Shown: positions 1 to 8,683 of the stretch, one piece after another
Layout: each line of letters begins with the position of its first letter
How positions within the stretch are numbered: position 1 is the stretch's first letter
DNA from: a virus
Taxonomy: Duplodnaviria > Caudoviricetes
DNA: 64,000 nucleotides
Reading direction: 5' to 3' (one strand)
IMG/VR virus record: IMGVR_UViG_3300020577_002562
Location: 32,001 to 96,000 of that record
Notes under the pieces: model-generated
What the model saw: the letters and a program-made list of their open reading frames with translations, nothing else
Told to the model about the DNA's origin: nothing
Database searches by the model: none
Position numbers and translations under genes: made by a program

Positions 1-678
1 GATCTGGCTACTGCCAAGAAGGAAGCGGAGCAACTCGCCAAGAAAGCTCCTAAGTCGGACGAGGATGACTCTGAGGATGATGGTGACTATGACGATGACG
101 ATGAGGAGGAAGAGAAACCCAAGAAGGGGAAGAAGAGCAAGTCCAAGAAGCGCAAGTCCGATGATGACGATGAAGACGACTCTGACATCGATGAGGACGA
201 TGACTCGGATGAGGACGATGACTCGGATGATGACGATGACGATGACGATGAGGAAGAAGAGAAGCCCAAGAAGGGGAAGAAGAGCAAGTCCAAGAAGGAC
301 GATGATGAGGATGACGATGACGACGAGGATGATGACGACTCCGATGATGAGGATGATGACGACTCGGATGACTCCGATGATGAGGATGAAGAGGTAGATG
401 ACGATGACGACGAAGACGCTGAGGAGTCCTCTAAGTCCAAGAAGTCCAAGAAGTCCTCGAAGTCCAAGAAGCCAGCCAAGTCCACGAAATCTGCGAAGTC
501 CAAGAAGTCCTCGAAGTCCGACGACGAGGACGAAGAAGACTTAGACGATCTGGATGATCTGGACGACGAAGATTCTGATGACGATGAGGAAGAAGAGAAG
601 CCCAAGAAGGGTAAGAAGTCCAGTGGCAAGAAACGTAAGGCCAAAGACGAAGATGACGACGAGGATGATGACGAGTAA
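1..678 (+). CDS. C-terminal part of a protein with a long Asp/Glu- and Lys/Ser-block tail (5' truncated; possibly ssDNA-binding protein)
   Basis: Frame 1 is open from base 1 (DLATAKKEAEQLAKKAPKSDEDD...) to TAA 676-678. DDEEEEKPKKGKKS occurs three times. SSB is inferred only from the position before RecA/UvsX. Confidence 0.75.
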   Translation, partial: DLATAKKEAEQLAKKAPKSDEDDSEDDGDYDDDDEEEEKPKKGKKSKSKKRKSDDDDEDDSDIDEDDDSDEDDDSDDDDDDDDEEEEKPKKGKKSKSKKDDDEDDDDDEDDDDSDDEDDDDSDDSDDEDEEVDDDDDEDAEESSKSKKSKKSSKSKKPAKSTKSAKSKKSSKSDDEDEEDLDDLDDLDDEDSDDDEEEEKPKKGKKSSGKKRKAKDEDDDEDDDE

Positions 679-717
679 GTGAACGTCCGAGTCACGTAGC
701 TCGTTGTTGCATCGAAC

Positions 718-741
718 AAGGGGCGCTCTAGAGCGCCCCTT
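718..741. terminator. 24-bp perfect palindrome (hairpin/terminator-like)
   Basis: AAGGGGCGCTCT|AGAGCGCCCCTT, intergenic. Confidence 0.6.
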
Positions 742-757
742 CTCACTGGAGAAGTCA

Positions 758-2110
758 ATGGCAAGAAAGTCTCAGCAAGAAAAGCCTGCGTTTACCATCG
801 ACTACGGAGAATTGGTGTCCTCCGTAGAGAAGAAGTTTGGAGTGAACACCGGAACGATGGACGCAAAAGCGCAGCGTGCAAGTGCTGTGTCCACTACTCT
901 ACTCGGTACTGATTTGATGCTCGGCGGAGGTCTTCTACCAGGCGCATGGTATACCGTACTCGGCGGAGAGCAATCTGCCAAGTCCACACACTGCATGCAC
1001 ATGGCGCAAGGCGCTGCGCGGGCTGGCATTCCGATCATCTCTTACGATGACTTTGAGGGATCACTAGATCCGGTCTACTGGGAAGCGATGATCTTGTCTG
1101 CCGTGAAGGGTCTTCGGTTCCATGAAGTCTTCGGTGTGCAAGACGAAGATGGAAACTACGTCATCAAGCCCAAGATCAGGAAGCGTGAGCCCGACAACGC
1201 AGAGCAGTTCTTCGATCCGATAGCTAGCCTACTGCGCAAGCTGCCGTACAAGCGATTCATCAAGGGTCGTTGGTTCTACGCATTCAAGAACACCAAAGAG
1301 AACCGCAAGTACGTTGGTGACAACTATAGCAAGGTCTTATACTCCAAGTACAATATGTTCTTTGTAGAAGCGCACGACGGTTTGCCACAAGCGGTGTTCT
1401 TCACTGACTCATACCCTGCCATGTTCCCAGAACGTTTGGATGAGGACGACGCAGGCTCCGGCATGGCTGCCATTGCCCGCATGTTCGCCGAGAACGTACC
1501 GAAGGTGCTCGGCAAGCTGAAGCCGAAGGGAGCCACCATTGTTGGCGTAAACCAACTGCGGCTGCGCCCTGGCTTCAACATGGGGGATCCATCGTATGAG
1601 CCGGGCGGCGAAACAATCAAGTTTGCTTCGTCAGTGCGCATCCGGCAAACGGGACGCAGCGTACCGCATGGTAAAGGGCCAATTGAAGTGGAAGACTCGA
1701 TTGGTGAGGGAGAAGATCGCTATCGCTACGTTCACATGAAGACCATCAAGAACAAGCGCGGCACTCCGTATCTTGAAGCATGGCAACGTGTCTGGGTCTC
1801 GGATACCAGCGGCCAAGCGCATGGCTTTGATCCCGTGTGGGACACATTCTCTTTCTTGCGTCAGACCGGACAAGTGACTGGCGGTATGAACAAGATGAAG
1901 GTGCCACTGTTGAGCACTAAGCGTTCATACTCTTGGGATGAGTTCAAGAGACTGATCTTGACTGAGAAAGCAGACCGACCCAAGATGCTGAAGAAGCTTG
2001 GAATGCGAGAAGACCCAAAGCTGCGCGACACTTGCTTCAAGCAGATTCGTACAGGTGAAGCCATGAAGATGATGTTCGACACTATCAGTAAGCACTCGAA
2101 GGAAGAGTAG
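758..2110 (+). CDS. uvsX: RecA/UvsX-like recombinase
   Basis: TDLMLGGGLLPG, Walker A-like GGEQSAKST, FFTDS Walker B, VNQLR, PGGETIKFASSVRI, KNK motifs; GGAG RBS before ATG 758. Confidence 0.9.
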   Translation: MARKSQQEKPAFTIDYGELVSSVEKKFGVNTGTMDAKAQRASAVSTTLLGTDLMLGGGLLPGAWYTVLGGEQSAKSTHCMHMAQGAARAGIPIISYDDFEGSLDPVYWEAMILSAVKGLRFHEVFGVQDEDGNYVIKPKIRKREPDNAEQFFDPIASLLRKLPYKRFIKGRWFYAFKNTKENRKYVGDNYSKVLYSKYNMFFVEAHDGLPQAVFFTDSYPAMFPERLDEDDAGSGMAAIARMFAENVPKVLGKLKPKGATIVGVNQLRLRPGFNMGDPSYEPGGETIKFASSVRIRQTGRSVPHGKGPIEVEDSIGEGEDRYRYVHMKTIKNKRGTPYLEAWQRVWVSDTSGQAHGFDPVWDTFSFLRQTGQVTGGMNKMKVPLLSTKRSYSWDEFKRLILTEKADRPKMLKKLGMREDPKLRDTCFKQIRTGEAMKMMFDTISKHSKEE

Positions 2111-3138
2111 TGTCAGAACTACATGGAGTGGCTATAGGGGATCTGCATCTGGACAAGATGCGCAAGCATTTCCCTGACCGGCATCTTGAGCTACAGTACA
2201 GCGCCGTATCGCGTGCATTGACACATGCATATAGGAATGGCGCGAGTCATGCCATCTTTCTGGGCGACATTGGTGAAGGCGGTAAGGACTTCACGAACAA
2301 CTTGGTGCTCAGTGCTGGGGCTCAAGATCTATTGTTGACCATCATACATGACTGGGGACCGAAGATCAATCTGGTATTCTACGCGGGCAATCATGACTTC
2401 ACAGACCTCAGCAGTCAGACGTTGACCACGTTCGCAAGGCTGTCCCGGTTGTCTTACATACCGGCAGAGTTTCACTTGACGCCCGCAGTCATCAGCCACA
2501 AGAAGCTGCGGATAAACATCTTACCGTACCCAGCACAAAAGCCACCGGACTCCAATCTGAGCTTCGCTCACTATGAAGTGGCAGGTGCGGTAACAGACTC
2601 CGGTCGCTTGTGTGAAGAGGCTCGTAAGCATAACTATGGGGGAGTGCCGTTCATTCAAGGTCATCTACACACGCCGCAGAAGATCCGCAACCACCATTAT
2701 CCGGGCACATTGTACCAGACCGCGTTCGGCGAGCGGTTGCCTAAGGGCTTTGCTGAGTTCAAGTGGGACGGCAACAAGCTGAGATACAAGTGGATCGAAC
2801 AAGATCCACCGTTCACGCTGCACAATCTTCGAGTCAACAGCCGCAAGGATCTGAAGACCATCAAAGATGACCCGCTGCACCTGTACAAGCTGTTCGTGAA
2901 CGAAACCGTCAAGCTTAAGGACTCAGATCTTGATCGTCCGAACATCGTCAATCGACTGAACTTTGGTACTGAACAGGAAGCCGATGCATTGGAAGCCGCA
3001 GAGTTCGCACTTGAAGAGCAGACGCTAGACTTGGGGTATGACAAGATCTTGGAAGACCTGCTAGCTAATGAGGGGTTGTCTCCCAAACTGGTGCGCATGT
3101 GTAAAGTAGAGTTGGACAAATTCAAGAGCAAGAGCTAA
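2110..3138 (+). CDS. sbcD: Mre11/SbcD-like metallophosphoesterase nuclease
   Basis: GDLHL, FLGD, GNHD, AH and GHLH motifs; Rad50-like gene nearby. Confidence 0.9.
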   Translation: MSELHGVAIGDLHLDKMRKHFPDRHLELQYSAVSRALTHAYRNGASHAIFLGDIGEGGKDFTNNLVLSAGAQDLLLTIIHDWGPKINLVFYAGNHDFTDLSSQTLTTFARLSRLSYIPAEFHLTPAVISHKKLRINILPYPAQKPPDSNLSFAHYEVAGAVTDSGRLCEEARKHNYGGVPFIQGHLHTPQKIRNHHYPGTLYQTAFGERLPKGFAEFKWDGNKLRYKWIEQDPPFTLHNLRVNSRKDLKTIKDDPLHLYKLFVNETVKLKDSDLDRPNIVNRLNFGTEQEADALEAAEFALEEQTLDLGYDKILEDLLANEGLSPKLVRMCKVELDKFKSKS

Positions 3139-3140
3139 GC

Positions 3141-4229
3141 ATGACCAAGTTTGCAGTAGCCTCAAATCCGTGGACACTCAAGTACCGACCGCGACGATTC
3201 AAAGACGTAGTGGGGCAAGACAACGCCGTAGCCATTCTACAGGGCATGTTGAAACGGCAAGAGATACCGAATGCTCTGCTGCTAGCCGGTCCGTATGGAT
3301 CAGGCAAGACGACACTAGCACGTATACTGGCTCGGTACGTGAATTGTGAAGAAGGGACTGCGTGCGGAAAGTGCAAGTCGTGCAAGCTGCCAACTCACCC
3401 CGATGTGTCTGAACTGGATGCCGCCGAGCAACGAGGTATCGACGAGATACGCAACCTGCTGCGACGATCCCGAGTCAAGCCAATGCACAGCATCCGTTTC
3501 TTCATTCTGGATGAGGTGCAGCAACTGACTTCGCAAGCCAGCGGTGCGTTGCTCAAGAGCTTGGAAGAGCCTGGCCCTACAACGTGCTATGTGCTGTGTA
3601 CGAATGAGCCGCACAAGGTGCCGGACACGGTGCTCAGTCGATGCCAGCGGATCATGCTGAACTTGCCAACTCGCAAGGACATCGCTACACGGTTGTCACA
3701 GATTGCCGAACGCGAATCCGTCAAGATCAAACAAGAGGTCCTAGACGCCATTGCAGAGTCTTCCGGTGGACACATGCGAGATGCTGTTAGTCTCCTGCAG
3801 TCAACGGTGCAACTCATGTCTAGCGGAGAGACAAACCCGAGCAAGCTGATAGCTAGTGTTGGACAATCCACGTCCGCATCCTCCGTGGCAATCGCCACTA
3901 AGGTGTTGGTGTGCCTCTACAAGAAGTCCTACGCGAAGGCGGCCGCAGCATTGCTGGACTTTACCACGAACGGCGAGGCGGCTATCCCGTTCGTCAACAT
4001 GATGCTGTACATGAACGAGTACGCTCTGGCCAAGAAAGTAGGAGCAGAGTCCTCTGTGTGGCACACACCGAATAATCGCAAGTTCTGGGAGACAGCTTCC
4101 AAGTTCGTGGACAACTCAGAACAGGTGTTGACCACAAGCCGTGTCTTGCTTGAGATGCGAAGTCGTCTACAGTATTCAGGTGCGCCGGATCGAAGCGTGT
4201 TGCTGGGGTTGCTCACATGGAAGAGCTAG
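3141..4229 (+). CDS. dnaX: DNA polymerase III gamma/tau-like clamp loader AAA+ subunit
   Basis: KYRP..F.DVVGQ, GPYGSGKTT, Zn motif C..ACGKCKSC, DEVQQL, LLKSLEEP, SRC. Confidence 0.92.
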   Translation: MTKFAVASNPWTLKYRPRRFKDVVGQDNAVAILQGMLKRQEIPNALLLAGPYGSGKTTLARILARYVNCEEGTACGKCKSCKLPTHPDVSELDAAEQRGIDEIRNLLRRSRVKPMHSIRFFILDEVQQLTSQASGALLKSLEEPGPTTCYVLCTNEPHKVPDTVLSRCQRIMLNLPTRKDIATRLSQIAERESVKIKQEVLDAIAESSGGHMRDAVSLLQSTVQLMSSGETNPSKLIASVGQSTSASSVAIATKVLVCLYKKSYAKAAAALLDFTTNGEAAIPFVNMMLYMNEYALAKKVGAESSVWHTPNNRKFWETASKFVDNSEQVLTTSRVLLEMRSRLQYSGAPDRSVLLGLLTWKS

Positions 4230-4573
4230 TCTATACATTCGTTGCCACAGCCTACGGAACTATGTTTTTGGGCAAGGCGGCTACTACCACTCTTCAGATT
4301 GATGCTGAGACAGGGATGCGTGAGTTTAGCCACGGCGGAACTCTCATACTGATCCAGCCAATGGTCTACCGAGTAGTGGACATGCCAGGTAACATTGGGT
4401 TCCCTGTGCTGTTCACTATGCCAATGTGGAAGAGCCCAGCACAACTCCAGCCGCTTGTGTTTGCTCCGGAGGACGTGTTGGTCTTGGATCAAGAAGTACC
4501 TGTTGGCATCATAGCCGCTCACATCCAATCTATTGGTGTACCGGTAGCCGTTGAGCCAGGAGAGCAGCATTGA
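4217..4573 (+). CDS. hypothetical protein
   Basis: ORF overlaps both neighbours in the operon. Confidence 0.6.
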   Translation: MEELVYTFVATAYGTMFLGKAATTTLQIDAETGMREFSHGGTLILIQPMVYRVVDMPGNIGFPVLFTMPMWKSPAQLQPLVFAPEDVLVLDQEVPVGIIAAHIQSIGVPVAVEPGEQH

Positions 4574-6825
4574 GCACTGCAAAGACGAAGCAGAGCTTTG
4601 GCATCCGGCTAAAGTCTGTACGTCTGCAAAAGGTCGTCCTGTTTGAAGATGCATCATTCAAGTTCGCCAACGGTATTACCTACGTAGTCGGTAAGAACAC
4701 CAATCGGCGAGAACCAGACGCGTCCAACATGACGGGCAAGAGTCTGTTGTTCTCGATACTGCCGCAAGCCATACTAGATGCTAGTCCGTTGCCGGTCAAA
4801 GGCATACGCAGCGCATCGAAAGATGGCATGTCCAAGAGCTCCTGCATTACCGTTAGTGCAGAAGTCGGTGATCAGAAGGTCGATGTCTCCAAGTCATTGG
4901 CGAAGCACACCATCTTGATCGAGGGGTCTGACATACAACGTCGGGGTAAGGTACTGGTCAAGGACAAGCTCAAGACGCTGTTTCCTCTGTCAGAAGAGGA
5001 GTTCTTCTCCCTCTACTATCTGAACACGCTTAGACCAAACACCTTGCAATATGGAACTGCACCAGTTCGTGCCCAGTTCTTTGTCAATCTGTTCCGTCTG
5101 AACCATCTGGATGAGGTACGAAAGTGGCTGCTACGGCAATCGTCTGAAGTAGCTGAGAATCAGCGGCTGCGTGATCGTCTTAGAGAGGAGTTGAAAGCTC
5201 TACCGCAGCATAAGCCGCTAGCTGACTTGCGATCCACCATCGAATTGCTGTCTTCTAGACAAGAGAGACTGAAGAAAGAAGCGCGTGACCTAAACATTGA
5301 GTGGACACAAAGCCAACTACATGAGAGTGTCCAGCCAGCCAGGCGTAGGGTCAAAGAGCTAAGGGCTCAATTGAAGGAAGATGGAGCCTCACTACGAGAG
5401 GAGTACCGAAAGCTTGAGAAGAAGCGCCGCACTCTCATTGATCTAAAGCGACAACAGGAACTGTACCAAGAGTCTCAAGCAAAGCTTAAAGGCAATCCGT
5501 ATGTCGGCAAAGACAAAGACGAGCTGAAGCTACTGCGCACCAAGATCATACAGAGGCAGAACCAGCTTCAGTCTACAGCCTCGGATGAACCTGACAAACC
5601 AGCCGTTAGCCGTAAGCTGGCAACATTAGGAGAGTCCGTTTCCGAGTCTATAGCTACTAAAGCAACTCGACAAGTAGCCTTGTACATGCAGGCCAAGAAC
5701 GAGTTGGCAGACTTCAAAGAGCTTTTGCGTGAGCACCAACAGTGCCCTACTTGTCGCAGCGAATTGTCCGGGCGAGTGACCAGAGCGACAGTCAAGATGC
5801 TACGCAACAAGGCACTCAAGTTGCGTCGAGAAGCGGCCGCACTTCTGAAGCAGAAGAAGGCTCGTGTCGCATGGATTGAATGGTCTGAGTACGCTCAAGC
5901 AGTAGAGGAGTTCAAGCGGCAAGAGAAGATAAGGCATTGGCTCAAGAAGCACAGTCTCAAGCAGATCAATGCGGTAGTCGAGTCCTCACACATTAAGCCG
6001 ATCACACATAAAGGTGATGTACGGACTGAGTTGCAAGTCTTGGCCCGTCGCTTGAACACAGTGACAGAGCAACTCCGATTGGCCGATCAGTTGGCAGAAG
6101 CTCAGGCTCTATATGACGATCTGAAGAAGCGAGTGGTGAGACCTACGCGTGAACAGTCTGTGATTCGTAAGGATCTAGACCGTGTTGCCGAGCGTATGGA
6201 CCGAATTGGGGAGGAGCTTCCGAAAGCCACCGCTGATTATCGATTGGCTAAGGAGACACACAAGCAACGGCGTAAGCTGCAGGCTACCATCTCCGAGTTG
6301 AGGAGCGGCAGCCGTGCTAAGGTGCTTCAAGCCCTAGTAAACGTGTTCTCTAAGGGTGGGGTGAAGTTGCTGGTGTTGCAACGCATAGCGAGACTGCTCC
6401 AGCAGAATATGAACAAGTACGCCAAGCTGTTGTACCCTGAACCTATGGAGTTCACGCTGACAGTGACACACTCACGCTTTGACATCACTGCTACTAGAAT
6501 GCTCAAGGCGCGCAAAGACGTATCCGATGTTAGGAATTTGAGCGGAGCTGAATCTCGTCTGTTCCCATTGCTTCTGTTGTTGGCACTTCTTCCGATGATA
6601 CCGATCAAGCGACGGATGGATACACTGATCTTGGATGAGCCAGAAACGAACATGGACCCAGGTATGCGTAGGATACTCACAGACACTCTGCTGCCGCAGT
6701 TGAACAAGATCGTACCTAAGATAGTGGTAATCAGCCCACACCAGAGTCTTGTACCAGCAGGGGCAAGAGCGTTCACTGTTGTTAAGCGTGGCGACCAGTC
6801 TACTCTTGAGCGAGGACTGCAATGA
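4570..6825 (+). CDS. sbcC: Rad50/SbcC-like SMC ATPase
   Basis: Walker A SNMTGKS, long coiled coils with CPTC zinc hook, signature LSGAE, Walker B LILDEP, ISPH. Confidence 0.92.
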   Translation: MSTAKTKQSFGIRLKSVRLQKVVLFEDASFKFANGITYVVGKNTNRREPDASNMTGKSLLFSILPQAILDASPLPVKGIRSASKDGMSKSSCITVSAEVGDQKVDVSKSLAKHTILIEGSDIQRRGKVLVKDKLKTLFPLSEEEFFSLYYLNTLRPNTLQYGTAPVRAQFFVNLFRLNHLDEVRKWLLRQSSEVAENQRLRDRLREELKALPQHKPLADLRSTIELLSSRQERLKKEARDLNIEWTQSQLHESVQPARRRVKELRAQLKEDGASLREEYRKLEKKRRTLIDLKRQQELYQESQAKLKGNPYVGKDKDELKLLRTKIIQRQNQLQSTASDEPDKPAVSRKLATLGESVSESIATKATRQVALYMQAKNELADFKELLREHQQCPTCRSELSGRVTRATVKMLRNKALKLRREAAALLKQKKARVAWIEWSEYAQAVEEFKRQEKIRHWLKKHSLKQINAVVESSHIKPITHKGDVRTELQVLARRLNTVTEQLRLADQLAEAQALYDDLKKRVVRPTREQSVIRKDLDRVAERMDRIGEELPKATADYRLAKETHKQRRKLQATISELRSGSRAKVLQALVNVFSKGGVKLLVLQRIARLLQQNMNKYAKLLYPEPMEFTLTVTHSRFDITATRMLKARKDVSDVRNLSGAESRLFPLLLLLALLPMIPIKRRMDTLILDEPETNMDPGMRRILTDTLLPQLNKIVPKIVVISPHQSLVPAGARAFTVVKRGDQSTLERGLQ

Positions 6826-7520
6826 AATTCCGAGTCAATGGGTTCGCTGCCACTACTCCACAACGGTTGTCACAAGCATTGACAGCTTTCGGAGTCAAGC
6901 ATACTGTCGTCACCTCAGTAATTCGCGAAGCTCAGACAGGGGTTGTAGTGTTTGCAGGTGTTGATACTTTTCGCTCCAGTTACCAGTATCTGCGTGAAGG
7001 AGTACGTTCTGTATCGTGCTTGGTCTGCGACAACTACTTTGCACTGAGATCGCGTCATCTTCCAGTGGCCGACCATGCCAAACCTACTGGTTTGCTGATA
7101 ACTGAAATCGATATGAAGCCTGACCATGAGCTGTTCGAGATGGTGCAAGAGACTAAACGATGGAAGCCTAAACCAAAGGCAAAGTCACTGTCCAAGGCTT
7201 TGTTGAAAACGACTCGCGTATCGATGGTGGGGACGCTCCAAAACTTACTGTTCAAGGTATCGGACAAGGAGCAACGACAGCGGATCAAGAATCATCTATT
7301 CACTGCTCTGGTGCGTAATGACCCAGTTTCTGTGCAGGAGGCTCCAAAGACAATTCGGGCACAACTACTAGCCGTAGTCACAGACCAGACTTTCCAGGCA
7401 CTTGGGGCCGCAGTGCGTGATGTGTTGGACAACGCTTCGATAGAGGCAGCAGCGGTTCGTCACGATGTCAGCAAGTATGACATCTCTTATTCGGTAGCAT
7501 ATATCAGGAAGCTAGTGTGA
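6822..7520 (+). CDS. hypothetical protein with possible C-terminal HTH
   Basis: ATGA overlap; C-terminal SIEAAAVRHDVSKYDISY resembles an HTH. Confidence 0.6.
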   Translation: MKFRVNGFAATTPQRLSQALTAFGVKHTVVTSVIREAQTGVVVFAGVDTFRSSYQYLREGVRSVSCLVCDNYFALRSRHLPVADHAKPTGLLITEIDMKPDHELFEMVQETKRWKPKPKAKSLSKALLKTTRVSMVGTLQNLLFKVSDKEQRQRIKNHLFTALVRNDPVSVQEAPKTIRAQLLAVVTDQTFQALGAAVRDVLDNASIEAAAVRHDVSKYDISYSVAYIRKLV

Positions 7521-8608
7521 TGATCAAGACCAAGCAAATTCCTTCGCTGGAGGACTACAGAATCGGTGAAGCTCCAGTTGATACATTGGTAGTCACCGGA
7601 GAGTGCGATCTTGCAGGTGTAAGTCTAGCTGCTCTGTCGCGCCATGTGAACCGGCGTCTGGTGTTCAAGAAGCGTCCGAAATTGAGAGGCCGATATGATA
7701 ACACGATTGTTGCCCGCTCACTGATGGCTTACGGCTTTCAGGTGTTTGATACCGTGCGTAACGCCTACAAGATCAATTCTATCTGTCAGTTCAACTACAC
7801 GGACCCGAGGTACATCGACTATGTGCTGTACGCTGTAGCTTACGGATCGGACCCTAATCGAGTTCGACAGTTGCTTGCTCAACCTGTAATGCAGTGCACC
7901 CACATGTATGAGTTGATGGGAGGCTCCGCAGAATTGAGCCTGTACGGTATGGCTGACTACCCGCACATCCAGTTCACTTCAGTAGACATCGACGATCGGG
8001 CCAATAGGTACGTTTGGCGTAGAGCACAAGCTGCTGGTCTACAGGTGTACGTTGAAACTGAAGATGTGACGCAATTCGAGCCTTATAGAAATGAGAAGAT
8101 CGTGAACGCCTGCTTCATTGGGAAGCAGTCGATTAACTACTTTGACCCACTGGCCGTAAGAGATCTGCTAGAGCATTTACTCGTTAATTACGATGTGATT
8201 GCACTTGAACTATTGACACCGATTGATGCCTACAAGAACTACCACAGCAAGCACGAATGCGATTGGTTGCCCAGGGGGCAGCAATTGGTAGAGCGATTTT
8301 GCTCTGATCAGCCTGAACGACCTCGAGCCAATCCTGTAACCTCTCGGCTTGCGTTCTCCTTGTTCTTGGAACATATCGACAAAGGACAGTTGCTGAATTG
8401 GCATCATGTTTCGGCCTACGATTGGTGGATGTACAACCTACAGTCCGTGGTTCACATGATGATGCAGATGGGTATAGCCACATCCGACATGTGGTACTAC
8501 ACATATGGGAATCGAGCTGCCGTGCGCGTAGACGAGTACAAACCTGAACATCATCGCGCTATCATGGAAGATGGTGATGTTGTGACCTTGATCGTTCGTA
8601 GAAACTAG
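7517..8608 (+). CDS. class I SAM-dependent methyltransferase-like protein
   Basis: MYELMGGSA (motif I-like), TSVDID (motif II), EDVTQF, QSINYF. Confidence 0.55.
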   Translation: MMIKTKQIPSLEDYRIGEAPVDTLVVTGECDLAGVSLAALSRHVNRRLVFKKRPKLRGRYDNTIVARSLMAYGFQVFDTVRNAYKINSICQFNYTDPRYIDYVLYAVAYGSDPNRVRQLLAQPVMQCTHMYELMGGSAELSLYGMADYPHIQFTSVDIDDRANRYVWRRAQAAGLQVYVETEDVTQFEPYRNEKIVNACFIGKQSINYFDPLAVRDLLEHLLVNYDVIALELLTPIDAYKNYHSKHECDWLPRGQQLVERFCSDQPERPRANPVTSRLAFSLFLEHIDKGQLLNWHHVSAYDWWMYNLQSVVHMMMQMGIATSDMWYYTYGNRAAVRVDEYKPEHHRAIMEDGDVVTLIVRRN

Positions 8609-8643
8609 CAGAAGGGGTTGGCAATTGCCAACCCCTTCTGCTA
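8606..8643. terminator. 38-bp perfect palindrome ending the replication operon
   Basis: TAGCAGAAGGGGTTGGCAA|TTGCCAACCCCTTCTGCTA. Confidence 0.7.
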
Positions 8644-8650
8644 TGACGCA

Positions 8651-8660
8651 CTAATTTGAG
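8651..8660 (+). promoter_or_regulatory. candidate late promoter motif (C/G)TAATTT(G/C)A
   Basis: CTAATTTGAG lies just after the terminator and before a virion gene; the same motif occurs at 11577, 23934, 42170 and 47121. Confidence 0.4.
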
Positions 8661-8683
8661 CCATCTGAACGGAAGACCGGACC

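Noticed and set aside
65-764. Track ORFs 65-397 (+, Met/Thr/Arg-rich) and 87-764 (-, poly-Ser)
   Set aside because: Shadow frames of the GAT/GAC/GAG-rich acidic ORF in frame 1
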